Shown here: one piece after another, positions 48,628-62,357 of the stretch
How positions within the stretch are numbered: the first letter of the stretch is position 1
How the letters are laid out: every line of letters begins with the position of its first letter
Source of the DNA: Callorhinchus milii
Lineage: Eukaryota
Assembly (NCBI RefSeq): GCF_018977255.1
Contig: NW_024704743.1
Location: 55,554,001-55,618,000, forward strand
Direction: 5' to 3'
DNA length: 64,000 bases
The notes under the pieces: model-generated
Seen by the model: the letters and a program-made list of their open reading frames with translations, nothing else
What the model was told of the DNA's origin: nothing
Database searches by the model: none
Position numbers and translations under genes: made by a program

Positions 48628-48760
48628 GAGTGGGTAGGTAGGTAGGTGCTTGAAGTATAGGTGGTAGGTGGTAGGTAGGTGCTTGAAGTATAGGTGTTAG
48701 GTGGGTAGGTGCTTGAAGTATAGGTGTTAGGTGGGTAGGTGCTTGAAGTATAGGCGTTAG
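48628..48760. repeat. ~30-bp tandem repeat x~4 (GTGGGTAGGTGCTTGAAGTATAGGTGTTAG)
   Basis: Direct inspection; followed by a CR1-like 3' end remnant. Confidence 0.85.
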
Positions 48761-51700
48761 GGATATGGAGAAAAGGTGGGTTAATGGCTTTAAAAGGTCT
48801 GCCATGATCCAATGAAATGCCTTGACAGATTGAATGTCTTCCTCTTGTTTCTATATTCCTAAGACCAAGAAAACTAGAGAATTAGAAGTGTTATAATGTT
48901 TATTGCTCTCATTGAAACTCAGTCTTAAATATTTGGATCTAATTCAATCCAGCGCTCGCGAAGGACACTACCGCTCATGAAACTCGCTATGTAAATGCAA
49001 GTTTTTTTTTCAATTTTCTTTTTCACCTTGTGCTCCAGTATTGTTTGAATTTCTTTTTTAACAAGATTGCATTCACCTCTTTTTAAAAAAATTAACACCA
49101 CAAATTCTGAATCGTGTTGTGACAAACTCTCGAAGAGACACCAGTCACAATTTGGACCAAGAGTTAACCCTGGCTGATGGGCACACTGGAGATTGGTGTT
49201 ATTTTCTTCAACTAAGTTTTTGGAAGGCCTGTGTGTGCATGTCACTTTGCTGTATGTTGAGGCATCTTGAAATACCTCTGATTTACATAATGCAATGCTG
49301 CAAGTACAGTGTAAATCTGGAGGAATTGTTTTGGAATTGGCACGATAACAGCATTATGTTCATGCCAGCTAAATGACAGGATTAAAATAATGCACCTTGT
49401 GACTGAACACTCAGGCACTGTTGTGTTTACACCTGGGAGAATAAGAACAGGCACAACGCAGAGAGCCATCTAATTTCAAAATGTGTCCAAAGATTGGTGT
49501 GGAGAAGAAGACCTGACATTGCAGTAGGTAATATGAAAAATACAGAAATGAGAAAAAGAAATACCTTTCATCAATTTGAGTACTAAAGGAAAATGTAACA
49601 ACAACTTGGATAGTGGGAAGGGAGTACAGTGTTTGATCCTTGTGTCACATCCTTTGATCTTGCAGTCCCTCTTGTGTTACTGTGTTAGTCACTGCGAAGT
49701 ACAAGATCTTCCTGTCTCTTGACAGCTGATTTTGCCCAGTTCCACCTGACCAGAGGATTACCAGGTCTGCTTTACCTAATCACTGTCCTCCAAAATGGTT
49801 ATGGCCTCTTGGGCAATGCAATAGCTGGATGAAGATTATACCCCGTGGAAACAAAATTCCCTGTTGAGGTGGTGCATGTGAATTACTACAATTAACTTAG
49901 GACTAGATATTATTTACCTTTTTTGGAGTTCAATTTGGCCTTGCTTCAACTGTCTAAAGTGCCTTCAAACCTAGCGATTCAAATCTCATCATCTTACAGT
50001 AATGACTGAGATAAGTTTGCTTCTGTTTGAAAAATAATAATTCTTATGTTTGATACAGTGCTTTAAACAGTTTTCTATGAAGTGTAGTGACTGAATTGTT
50101 GGGCAAATGTGGAAGCCAATTTGGCACAGCAATGTCCCAGCATCAGCCGTAAAATGAAACCCCTCGAATGTCCAGCGGCTTGGAATGTTCTCCCAACGTG
50201 AAAGACACTATATTAATGCAGTTTGTTGTTGGTCAATGTTATAAGTTTAATTATCCCCCAAATGATCACTTTGCTCATGTACCTTTCTGTAGTGCTTCTG
50301 AGATGGGTTAATAAAGTGCAAACTGGAACATTTACAAACAAACTTCAGAGACAACCATATAAAAGGAAATGCAGTTTATGGATATAGTTGTGTGCTGAGG
50401 GGAAAAAAGAGTGAAAGTTCATCTCACTTACTCTATGTAGATGTTTTCATCCCAGTTTTTATCATTGGAAACTTGCATTTAATTTGCTGTGATCCCAGTT
50501 AGTTTATTCTATTAACCATATTATCTGCCAAACAAGGGTGTGTAAATATAACTACAAAATCTTCCCATGCTAAACGTTAACTGTCTTGAAGAAAGTGGTA
50601 TAACATTCAGTCGTACTGTGGTGTGACAGAAATTAATTTATACTTAACAAACAGGGAAATTTCCCTAATGCATGTGTTTCACTTTCGTACATGGTCTGTG
50701 ATCTATTCATGTTTGAATGTTGTTGAGTTAGAATTTTCAATCATTAAATGTAAAACAAGGTCTAAAAACGCAGAAATGTATTGGAAATGTATGGAATTTA
50801 GAGTTTCTTTTTTTTACAGGAACATTGAACAGTACAGTACTTGAGCATTGCAAAAGGAAAAAATATATTTTGGTATTTCAAGTTCAGCATTAGATATTTT
50901 GTGGAAGTTTTGCAGCCCCTCCTCCACCACCATAATTCATTTTTTTTACCCCCTTTGGCCCCAAAAATCTATTATACAATGAGATTCTCTGCGAGGAATC
51001 TGATTAATGGATTCCCCCTTTGCTCAGCGGGCACCGGCCTGCTTCATGTCCCCACCCTGTCTGCCTCACGATTAGCGGTTGGGCTTTCAGCCTATCTGCC
51101 CACATTCTCTAGAACTCCACCTTAGTCATCTTTCCCCTCCCTGTCCCCTTGGCTCCCACTCCAGCTCAGGTGCCAAGCCAGGATTGTTAAATACTTTGAG
51201 ACGTCTTCCTGACATGAAAGGCGCTATATAAATTTGTATTGTATTGTGCAAATAGGAATTCCTTCCAGCGTTCGAAACACACAACACGATCAGGTTTCCT
51301 GCAGGCCAATGGGCATTATAATGATATTTTTATTGATAAATCCGATTAACAGATACTCTAAAGTTGCTTAAAGAGAAGGATTCCTAGACCTATGATGTTG
51401 CTGCTGCAGAGCTTCTCAGGAAGAGGAGAAATTCAAGAAAGGCTGAGTGAGGATATTGTGTGTCCATTGTCTTCCACCAGTAACTCAGAATGATATTATT
51501 AGCTTGATGGACAGCAGCCCTATTCTGGTACTCTATGGGACAGCGCAATGAAACACCAATATACTTTGAGGCCACCTACAATTCTACTTCAGGTGTTTCA
51601 TGAGATAGACAATTTTTGACAGTAATATTTGAAAATGCTCATAAAGCTGCACATTTTCAATACTGCAGAAGGAATTGAGTATGCAGAGGATTACTGAATT

Positions 51701-52018
51701 ATTTTTTACCAAAATAGTAATGTTCAGCATTTCATTGCATTTGCATTGTTCCTGTTACATTTCTTCAATCTAATATTTAAGAAAGCCAAAGTTATGTATT
51801 GTAAAACGTTAGCACTGATATTCCTCACTGAACTACTCTGTTCCTTAGTAATAGCCATAACCAATCTAATGGCTGTTGTCCAACCATCCTCGAGGCTGAG
51901 CTGTCTTTAAGATGCCATTCTTGGTAACAGAATGTTACAATCCAAGTTGACCCTCTGTGGCTCTCTTGGTATTCCAGTTCTTGAGCAATGTGGGTCCACA
52001 GTACTTCAAGGCACTATT

Positions 52019-52345
52019 GTGGAGTCCTGTAGCTCAGTGGTTAGAGCATTCGCTTTGCAAGCGAGAGACCCGAGTTCAATTCCAGGCAGGGCGAAACCTT
52101 GGGCAAGTTTCCTTACTCCACACGCCTAATAATAATCCCTCCAAAACCAAAACCAAAAACAATAATAAATTGGTCATTTTCAATCTACGACTGTTTGTGG
52201 GACATTGCTGTGCGCAATTGGATGCCGCGTTCGCCCACAAATATACAGTCAATTCACTTTACAGTGTGTTCTGTGAAGCGCTTTGGGACATCCTCCCGAC
52301 GTGAAAAGCGCTATATCAAATGCGAGGATTATTATTATTATTATA
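52019..52345 (+). mobile_element. tRNA-Ala(TGC)-derived SINE, full length, young
   Basis: GGAGTCCTGTAGCTCAGTGGTTAGAGCATTCGCTTTGCAAGCGAGAGACCCGAGTTCAATTCC head (Pol III A and B boxes; no acceptor stem); ends AGCGCTTTGGGACATCCTCCCGACGTGAAAAGCGCTATATCAAATG-(ATT)n. Confidence 0.9.
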
Positions 52346-55300
52346 TTGATGATAAACCAGCTAGCTTTGCTTGTTGGCAAGACTTGGAGGATTAGATTGG
52401 GAGCAAGAATTTGTCTCAATTGACTCCTTTTAATCCTATAAGCTAAAGTGCTGACATGCTAGCTGGAGCTAGCTGGACAAGCAGTGGGAAGCTTGCCAGA
52501 CAGTGCTCTCAATGACAAGCTATGTGGGTTTTAGCTGGGTAACTCAAGAGTACCCCAAGCACACTCTGGGGTCCCAGGTTTTGATCTTTTCTAACCTGCA
52601 CTTAATAGTATCTGGAATTAGGTAAGCAGGGTGCGGCCCCCTGAGAATAGTGTATGCATTCCGTTCCACACACAGAAATTTCATGCGTAGATGATACACA
52701 TAGAATCATAGAATTATACAGCACAGAAGGAGGCCATTCGGCCATCATGTCTATGCCGGCTCTTTGAAAAGAGCTATCCAAATCAATCCCACTCCCCCCC
52801 TCTCTCCCCGTATGTGGACTTTGTCTGGTTTGGATAATCTGTAGTTTGATGATTGGTTTCTACATTATCAACACTAGTCTGGCCAAAAAATAAATTAGAT
52901 ATTTTACTTTTATACACTAATAGAAATACAAAATGGGACTAAACTTGAAGCATGGGGCAAGAAATTGTAATCTTGTCAATTTCTTCCACAAATCATACAT
53001 AACCTACTCTTACATAGATCCCACTGCTTTGACCATGCCTATAAACATTCCCCTCCCTCTTCTTCCTTGCTCAACATCAGTAACCAGAAGGCATCAATTT
53101 AAGATGGTCAATAAATGAGCAAGTGGGGAGGTTGGGAGAAATTTTTATTTTTCACTCTCACACACATGCTGCATGCACACACACACGAGTGGATATGTGC
53201 GTGTATGCATTAGAATATTATTAGGTTATGGAATTCCCTTCCAGGAGTCGTGGTTGAGGCAGAATCCATATTAGCTTTCAAAAGGGAACTTGATGAATAC
53301 CTAAAATGGAGTCAGCTATAGGGGTATGTGGAAAGGGCAGGTAAATGAGATTCTTAAAGGAACTGGCGTAGGCACAATGAACCTTGTGGCTTTCTGTGCT
53401 GCAAGTTGTTATCGTTCTTCGGTTCTACAGCATCCATCCCCACCAGTATACAGCGCTCTGAGACATTATCCTACTTGTGAAGGGTGCTATATAAATGCAA
53501 ATTGTTGTTGTACCCTTACATAGACGTTCAATGTGTAGGTGGCATGCATGGAAATCTTAGCTTGGTTTGGATACTCTTAAGCCTGGAGATGGGTTTCCGC
53601 ATGTGTCAGACACCCTGATGACCAAGCAAAAAGCATAGACGTTACGTCACTCTTTTTGTCCTGGGGAAAATTTGATTCCCAAATTTAATTGGGCAAAAAT
53701 CCAGAATATAAATCCATTATTCATACCCACCCAGCTATCCCGGGGAATACCTCTCTCCTTCCTCCCTTTCTTTTTCCAGCACAAAGAAGCTATTGTGTTC
53801 TTCAATAGAATCACTGAGCCAAATGGACAAATTGTAGAAAATGAAAGGTGCACCATGAGTCCAAGTGCAAGTTGCAACAATATGTGGTTTTCAAAGAATT
53901 AAAAAAAGGAAAAACGAAGCTTACTTTAAGGGTGTATCATGGAATGCTCCTTCTTTAAATTATCATTCATTGAAAATTTTTGTCATAATCCTAAACATAC
54001 AGTAGATACATGTAGGTACACACTCTTTAGAAAGAATAATTGGAATGTCCGCTTTGGGAAACACTGCCTTTATGTGGTTTTTAGCATTCCTCACATGACA
54101 CAAATTTTAAATTTTAAATTTTAAATTTTGAATTCCGCTGCAGACGTCTGAAACTACAGAGCACGTTTTTACCTGTAAAAATATACAACCCTTTTCTCGT
54201 AACACAGACAATGCTGTTTCCAGAAGACGTTTACTTAACAATGAGCTGTCTGTGGGCTGCACCACTTTAAGCAAACTGAACTTGTATAAACCTATATTTG
54301 TGACATTAGCATGTGGAATCAATTATGGTTTATTAACCTCCTCTAAATTTAATCATCCTAATTGTGAGTTGTTGCATGGCTGGAAGCCAAAGTTGATCCA
54401 GACATAATCCCCAAGTGACATTGATAAATAGCAACTTTTCATAAGAACTGTTTTGATTCCTGATTTAAAAAAAAAAAGTTTTGGGCCTCCAATACAGCTC
54501 ACAAAAGGATTTTAAACTAGGATTGTGCCAGTCATTGATCTGACAACGATCATACTATGCTACTTCTACATCTACCTGTATTTCTCCGTAGTGCCACCAC
54601 TGATTTAGTGTTTGGAGCTTCAGCAGTATGTGAATCGCAAATCCAGTCAGCCATATCCACACGTGGGCAATCCTGATGTAAACCAATTGCTAAAAGTTTT
54701 TTGAATTACAGTACCGTATGGTGCCAGCCTCCACCTGCTATTCAACCAGCTTGTGAACTGCCATTTAGGCTGTTGTAAAGCTAAACCAGTAGATAAGCCA
54801 AAGGTACACCTGCACTTAAATGTTGTGATCCACAAGCCAGCCAGTTCAACAGCATCTGAGATTCTTCAGATTCAGGCCCAGCTATTGTGGTAAAGTTGGG
54901 GGTGTGGGGCACACATAAGTAAAGTTGCAGTACTTGACAATGTGCTATTTAACAGTTATAGTTATCACATCACATATTGCATTTTATATGTGGCAAGCTC
55001 TCAATTTTACTTATAATTGATTGCTTCTGTACAACTAGTCTCATTCTATGAAAACTGACTGATCATTCTTTTATTTGACAAACCTGATTGATTTATACAT
55101 CCTAGTGTTCCAGTGTACCTTTACCAAACGTGGGTAAAAATTCCACCTGGGGTTAATTTTACTCCACTAACATAGTATTTCAGAGCATCCAGAAGTTCGC
55201 AATTTGTTAAATTCAGTTTTAAATTTAAAGCCCTTTTTTTTAGTTCTTCAAGTAACTTGCAGAAAACTGGCCTCAGAATTAAATACTGTACTGTATATAT

Positions 55301-58032
55301 TTTATTGTATTTGCTTTACTTGAACTTTTGGGGGAGCAGAGAAATACAGGAGATCGTTTCTCAGGAGGTGAAATAGTTTGGGTACGTTCTCTGATGGTGG
55401 TTTGTACAGTTGTGTGTGGAAGGAATGACTTGAAGGCCTCTTGTTTTTTTACACAGACTGTAATGAACTGAGTTTGAACTACAGACAGACAGCATTTGCC
55501 CTGTGATCCCGAATTGGTTATGAAGATACAGTAACTTTCACAGAAAGTAATTTCCCCCCAGTTTATCAGCCACCATCAATGTGCTCACATGTATACCTTG
55601 GTGAACCCTCTAGTTGTGTTGACTACTTACTGCCTTATCTGTTCACCGTTGTCAAGTCGGTCTGAAAGGGGGGATCGATTTAAACCTTGACGTCCTGAAA
55701 ATTGACTGATGTAATATTAATAACCCTGTTCAAAAGTGTAGCAGACCTTTTTGGGGGGCTAGAAGAGCTAAATAGTCTTGCTTAGTAGTTACACAGCCAA
55801 ATAACAGATTGGCTGAAGGAAGGAAGCAGAGGACAGTCATTAGGTCAAAGTGAGGGGAAGTATAAAGCGGAATGCCTCAGGGTTTGTACTGTAACCCTTC
55901 CTGTTCCTCAAATATATTAATGGTGTGGACTTGCAAACCCAGTATATGGTGGCTACGTTTTCTAATGACATCAAGTTGAGCGGAACTGTGGAATCAGAGG
56001 AGGCAGTAATGGTCTTACTAAGAGAGTTTGATAGGGTATGCATATGGCTTGATGTCCTATAGGTTTACGTGACAGGAATGTAAGTATCCTGCATGCTGTG
56101 TAGAAAAATTGGCGTGATGGCCTTTTTTGTTCCATGCTTCTTTTTGTGAATATGTTTTTTTTGTGATTTGTACTAATGTATCAAAGCAGATTTGATTAAG
56201 TACTGAATAAGAAACATTCAGCCTGGGAAACTGTGCTTCAATCAAACATGGTACAGTGGTCTGATTCTGCTGTTAGCATAACAACAGCAACAAATTGTAT
56301 TTACGTGACAGTGCGAAGGCTGGAGGAGAAACCATTGGTGGTTACAAAGTGGAAACAATGGAAAAAGTAAGAACAATACCAAGCAAGAACAGAACCATGA
56401 AAGTAGAGCTGAGAGGAGCGGTGGAGAAGAATATACTGGTTGACATTGTTGAAGGCGGTATAGAGATCGACAAAGACAAGAAGGCAGAGAATCCTGGTCA
56501 CAAATGGAAAGAATGTTATTTGTAACTTTGCTACCTCATAACATAGGCTACCTCTGTTTTGTTGAAATAATGATCGTGGCATTTGCCAAGATGCCTTTTC
56601 ATCTCATTGAAACGTCACATAGTTCTTCACAGGGTATTTGACTGTATTTGTAGGTGAACACGGCAGCCAATTTGTGCACAGCAATGACCCACATAGAGTC
56701 ACAAAGCGAATATCAATCTTATTTGATCACTGTTGGCCAGGGAGGTGCTCCTTCTCTTTTTAAATAGTGTCATGGAATCTTTAATACCACCCTGAACAGG
56801 CTGACCAGGAGCTCGGTTTAACGTCATATCTGAAGGACAGCATTTCTGACAATGCAAAGCACCCCCAGCCAGCACTGAATGGATTGTCAGCCAAGTTCAA
56901 AGTCCTGACATAAGGCTTGAACCCAGAACCTTTGAGTTGGGCGAGAATACTATCAGCTGAGTTGGGCTAAGCAGCAATTGCAAGAGGTTTTTGTTAGTGA
57001 AAGCTGAGCGGCATGTGGAACAGACGACCAGCCTAGGTGGTGAAACAGAAAATTATTATGGATTTCAAAAGGGAACTGGTTCCTAGAAATTAAGCAGACA
57101 GAATGCTGTTTTTTCCTGGTATCCAGGCCAGTAATTCTGCAAATTAAATAGACATACACGGCTGTTTCTTGGGGCTTGTTGCGTCGGCTATAAATCAGCC
57201 ACCGCACTTAAAGTAATTACCTTGAATGTGATGTTTTATGGTGTTTTGAAGTGATAAGGTACTATAAAAATGCAAGTTTTTATTGCACCTTATCCCAGGT
57301 ACTGTGGAATCCAAGTGTGTATTGCAGGTTTTGTATTGCACTTTCAGGCAATCAATTATATACCCAGAGACAATGACACAGATTTGGGTTTCCACTTGTT
57401 ATTTGCATTACTTTCTAATGTCAGGTATATTTAGAATAATGGCAGCTTTATCTTTTATAAAGAGAAAGGCAGTCTCCCAATCCAATTCTTCTGGTAAATT
57501 ATAAAATCAAACAAATGAACGTGATTTCTTCTGATGTCCTGGCCAACAGTTCCCCAAATAAAATTAGTTGTTCACGTCTTGGCTGTTTGTAGGACATTGC
57601 TATGTACAAATTGGCAGTAAATTGCATGAAGCTCTTTAAGATGTCCTGCCGATGTGAAAGGTGTTATAATAAGGCAATAATAATATTTGCATTTGCACAT
57701 CACATCATTGAGACATCTCAAAGCACTTAACAGAATATTTTGTGGATTGAATGTGTATTTTGTGGGCAAAGATTATTAATTGTTAATAACCTTATTAAAC
57801 CAATTCCTCGGCAATGCTTCATTTGAATGAACATACTGATTGCCCATTGTGTGCAGTGTTCTAATAAACATATTTTTTAAGCACATTTTATAGCATATTG
57901 TAAAATGTATTAATCTGTGATATTTCAAAAGATACATTCTGCTACTGTACATCAACGTTCCTGAGTATTTGAATTGTGTTGCCTCTCGCTCATGAACAAA
58001 AGTATGACAAATTTTTGTGGATTTGTTTTTAG

Positions 58033-58182
58033 GCAGCAGGAGCCATCAGGCCACTTGTTTCCACTATCATCGCTACCAACCCAGCAGGCTGTCTTGATCA
58101 TTCTCTGGATCGTGCCAAATACAGGGCTAGTGAAATGCCACAGGCCTTCAAATTTGACATAATTTACAAAGCTTATCAGCAG
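58033..58182 (+). CDS. CRPPA: CRPPA coding exon 3 (gene continues beyond the window)
   Basis: tttttag|GCA GCA GGA GCC ATC AGG...CAG CAG|gtagga; 150 nt; [50 protein letters not shown]. Confidence 0.96.
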
Positions 58183-58444
58183 GTAGGATCGACTAGCTAT
58201 GTATGTTTACCTGTATTTATTGGAAGTAAATTGTATAGCAATTTAATGAGATGTATTATATCAGCAGGTAAGTACAGGTATTTGGTGTGGTTGTATATAT
58301 CACTGTATACAAACAATACTATTGAGCCAAATTAATTTGTAAGCCTTCTCCTTACACCTATAATTGTCTTTGTGCTTGTACATTTTGTTCTAACATTCAT
58401 TGTCACCTTTTGCCTGTTTTATAGATAACTAGGAGTAGATATTA

Positions 58445-58675
58445 TAGGGAGTTTAGGAGAAACTTTAGATTTGAGGGTGATGAGAATATGGAACTCATGG
58501 CCAGAAGGTGTGATTGAAGCAAAATGTATCAATATATTCAAGAGGAAATTTGATGTGTACACAAGAGAGTAGGACGTATGGGAAAGGGGAATAGGAGGGG
58601 TGGGGACTTGTGCAGTGTAGAAACATCAGCATGGACAAGTTGGGCCGAATGGCCTCTTTCTGTGACTAATCATTC
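58445..58675 (+). mobile_element. CR1-like 3' fragment
   Basis: RVMRIWNS motif and TTGGGCCGAATGGCCT terminus; similar remnants at ~39305-39500, 53215-53410 and 55860-56050. Confidence 0.6.
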
Positions 58676-59789
58676 TGTGTAACTCCACTTGAGTTGGAAG
58701 ACTGAATGCCCCGCAGTCTCGCAATTCTGCTCATATGTATGATGGCTATAACATTGTATCACATACTAAATATATCCATATAATGAACTGATCTGGATCT
58801 AAGCTGCCATGACAGCTCTGTGATGACTGCAATCAATTGAAAAGCGGATATACATTATTAACTTTTGAAAGCAGTTATGTGCTTCCAGACACTTTTAATT
58901 TTTTTTTTTAACCATCGCCCATTCTGCTAAAGGTAGGAATTGCTAAATAGATTTCTTTTATAATGAAATAAAGAGAGCTTCTTGTGCCACTGATATAATT
59001 TGACTTGCAGATTTCATGTTCAGTTGGAGGGCAGTGCATTGCAGGACATTTATTGCTTTTCTCTTTAGTACCATTTTAAAACTTTGTTCACTGTTTAGTT
59101 CTAGTACTATCCTTTATTTTATGACCTTGGCAGAGACTGAAACAAAAAACAAAGTTGTGAAAGGGCACGTTGTTTTAGAACTGAAAGAAGACTAAATTCA
59201 CTAAAATCAACAGTGTTGGGAAGTTGCCAAACTACGAGAACATTTGAGTACCAATTGAGCTGTACATAGATGTCCTCTGTTTGTTTGTTTCTTTGTTTTA
59301 AATAGATTGATCAAAGCAATTTGCACTTGGGCCAAATATAATTACTTATGCCTAGAATTATATGGATGGGTCTTTTGACAATGTTCCTCCCTATAAAATT
59401 AGAGGGCTTTTTTTTAGCAAATGGTTAGAGAATATGTTATCATTATACACAAATAGATATGATAGATAAGAGTTTGTATCATATTTAGTGGATAACCTAA
59501 GTAAATCTATCTGAAGGAAGATGTTGCATGGTTGGCAGAAATTATCTAAATTTCAAAGACGTTTGACTAACTCAAACAAAGATATTCTAACATATAGATC
59601 CCTGGTGAGGGCATATCTGGAATACAGTAGAATTCTGTGTATCCACATTTCAATATCTTCATGTCTACTTATCTGCATTCAGTGCAGAAGTGAAGTGAAG
59701 CTGCAATGCCGGGAAACAAAGAGGGTAGTGGCAGGAATGTGCGTACAAAATCCCAACATGATTTTCTTTGGTCAGCCGGGTATCTGACA

Positions 59790-60375
59790 CATAAGAAACT
59801 CATCACCATCTTTAAGAGTATCCAAACCAAATTGAGAGTTCCATGCATCCCGTCTATACATGGAAATTCCAGAGATGTTTATTAGAATTGAATGCAAGCT
59901 CTCTCCCTGGAGGGACGCACTCTGCTTACCCAATTCCAGAGAGTATTAGGTTTTGGGGTACTGCTGGAGTCTAACCAGCTAAAACCGCATAGCTTGCCAT
60001 TGAAAGTACTGTCTGATAAGCTTTCCCGCTGCTTATCCAGCTAGGACTATCCTACCCATTGGGCTTAGGCTTGCAGCGTTAACGGGAGCTGAGTGGGAAG
60101 AATCCCTGCCCCTAGTTACTGGTCTCCCAACCTGGCTCTGGTATCATAATAATAACAATAAAAGCAGTGCCCTTGAATACTGTGGACTCGCGTGGCTCAG
60201 GAACCGGACTACAGCGACCACCACAGAGGGCTGGCTCGATTCCGACTTGCCATTGCCAGCCCTGTCACCATGGAGCCAGTTCAGCTCCAAGGAGACCCGG
60301 CTTATCTCTTCCCCAAGGAGGATAGACACGAGTTGGTAATTTGATATCCGACAAGCGTAGATTTGAGTCCTCACT
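59790..60375 (-). repeat. Unclassified ~630-bp interspersed repeat, copy 2
   Basis: Reverse complement aligns by eye with 33942-34575. Confidence 0.8.
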
Positions 60376-62357
60376 AGTAGGGTGGCAGGTACCAAGCACT
60401 CCGGGACAACCTCCCCACGTGAAAGGTGCTATACAAATGCAATGTTGTATTGTACCAGGAATGGAATTTACTCATGAAATATAGGGTGAGTGAATATATT
60501 CAGTGACTTTTTATATATACAGTGATATATATATTGATCTAATTTAAAGATATACAGTGATATAATATATATATACATATATAGTATATATATGAGAGAG
60601 AGAAATTAAGAAGAGGAGAGGGAGTGAGAAAAGTGGTATGATTCCTGATGCACAACGGGGCTGGTTCCAATCTGGGAATTAAAAAGCTGTTTGTTGTATT
60701 GTATGTATGCAGTTTTAGCTACACTACCTTTAGCAGGACACTGAAGTATTGAGGAAGTTCAGAGAATGCTTCAAAACTTACCACTTTCATGTTATGGCAA
60801 GAGGTTTGTAGAGCTTCACACCTGGTAGAAATCTTGTTTTTCTTGACTGGTTGCATCTTAATAGCTTGAGATTATCAAACTAAACTTAAAAAGTAATAAT
60901 GATAATGCTTGCATTTGATATAGTATCTTTCACATCAGGAGAACATCTCAAAGTGCTTCACAAAATTCATTGTAAATTGTAGTGACTGTACTTTTGTACA
61001 GCAGCCAATTTGCCGGACCGTTGTGAAGTGGAAGATTGTTGACCAGGACACTGGAAGAAACTCCCATCTCTTTTTCCATAGTACGATGGGATCTTTAATT
61101 TCCATTTGAACAGGCAGATTAGATCTCGGTTTAATGTTTTGTCTGAAGGAAGGCACCTCTGACAATTTAGCACTCCCCAAGCACAGCACTAGAATATTGT
61201 GAGTTCAATGTCATAATGTTGAACGTGAACCCAGAACCTTCTGACTCAAAGGTGTGAGTTCTACCAATTGATCCAGGCTGACCAAGTACACTGAAAACTC
61301 ACCATATGGGCAAATAAACATCTCCTCCCATGATCTCAATGCATCAGTGGTGTATTTGCACTCCTTGAAATCAATGGAGATTAACCGTAATATGAGACAC
61401 TCCAGAGAAGATCCTTGTGAAAAAGCCTCACATCCCAAAATTGGCATTCTTGGCATCCAGATCATTAATATTGTGCTTCACCCGTCAACATTCTGTCAAA
61501 AGGAATATAATACTTTGTTGAAATGTCACAGCACGAAAGCTACATCACTTGTTGGCTGAGAAACTGCAGTTTACATGTCTCGGCCCATCTGTAGCCTGGG
61601 CCATGTTTTCTGGGTAGGCACAGCTTCGCTTAAGTGTAGGTTACTCTGCATCAGGCAGACGTTAATTGGTTTGCAAAAAATCATTGTAAAAGTAATGCAA
61701 TTTAAAAAGCTGTTCTAATGACTGGGTATCAAAATCTTGGCCCCTGCTAAATGTTAATTCTTTACCAGCAAATGTGGCCATCCAAATTCATTGCCTATTC
61801 TCTTGAAACCATGGCGGGGGAGGGGATGGGGTGGAGAGGGGGAGGTTTGGTCAGTCTCAAAGCTGCCATTAAGGATATTTTGCAATCGATAATGTTTCTT
61901 AATTATCTCTTGCGATAATTAAGGAATGGAATGTGTTTTAGGAGAACCACAGTTTTGACCCCAATTTAACAATGCTCCCAATTAACAGTAATATACTGGC
62001 TCCAAATGGCTTAGATTAAACAATGATACCAAGTCAACGTTATTTATCATTTAACAATGTTTTAGGCTGTTAGATGAAAGTAAAGTGAACTGATAAGGCA
62101 TTTGTTAATGTGCAGCTCGAATTGTCTTGGGAAAACAAAATTGATTCTTAATAATTTGGTATGGTTGCTCTCAGAGAAAAATGTATGTGCGCAGATTTAA
62201 TCCACTGAGTACTGGGTATTCTGAAGAAAGTAGGTCCTGCAATCCATTACAGACACCTTTATGAATGTCACATGGTACATAATTGTTGTTTGGAGATGGT
62301 TGCTGTTAAGCGTGTGTGTGTATGTTTAAAGGTGAGAAAGCAAGTAGACAAAGCTGT

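Noticed and set aside
52019..52092. Possible tRNA-Ala(TGC) gene (also 38058-38130 on the minus strand)
   Set aside because: The acceptor stem does not pair and the sequence runs straight into a repeated SINE body and tail; it is a SINE head.
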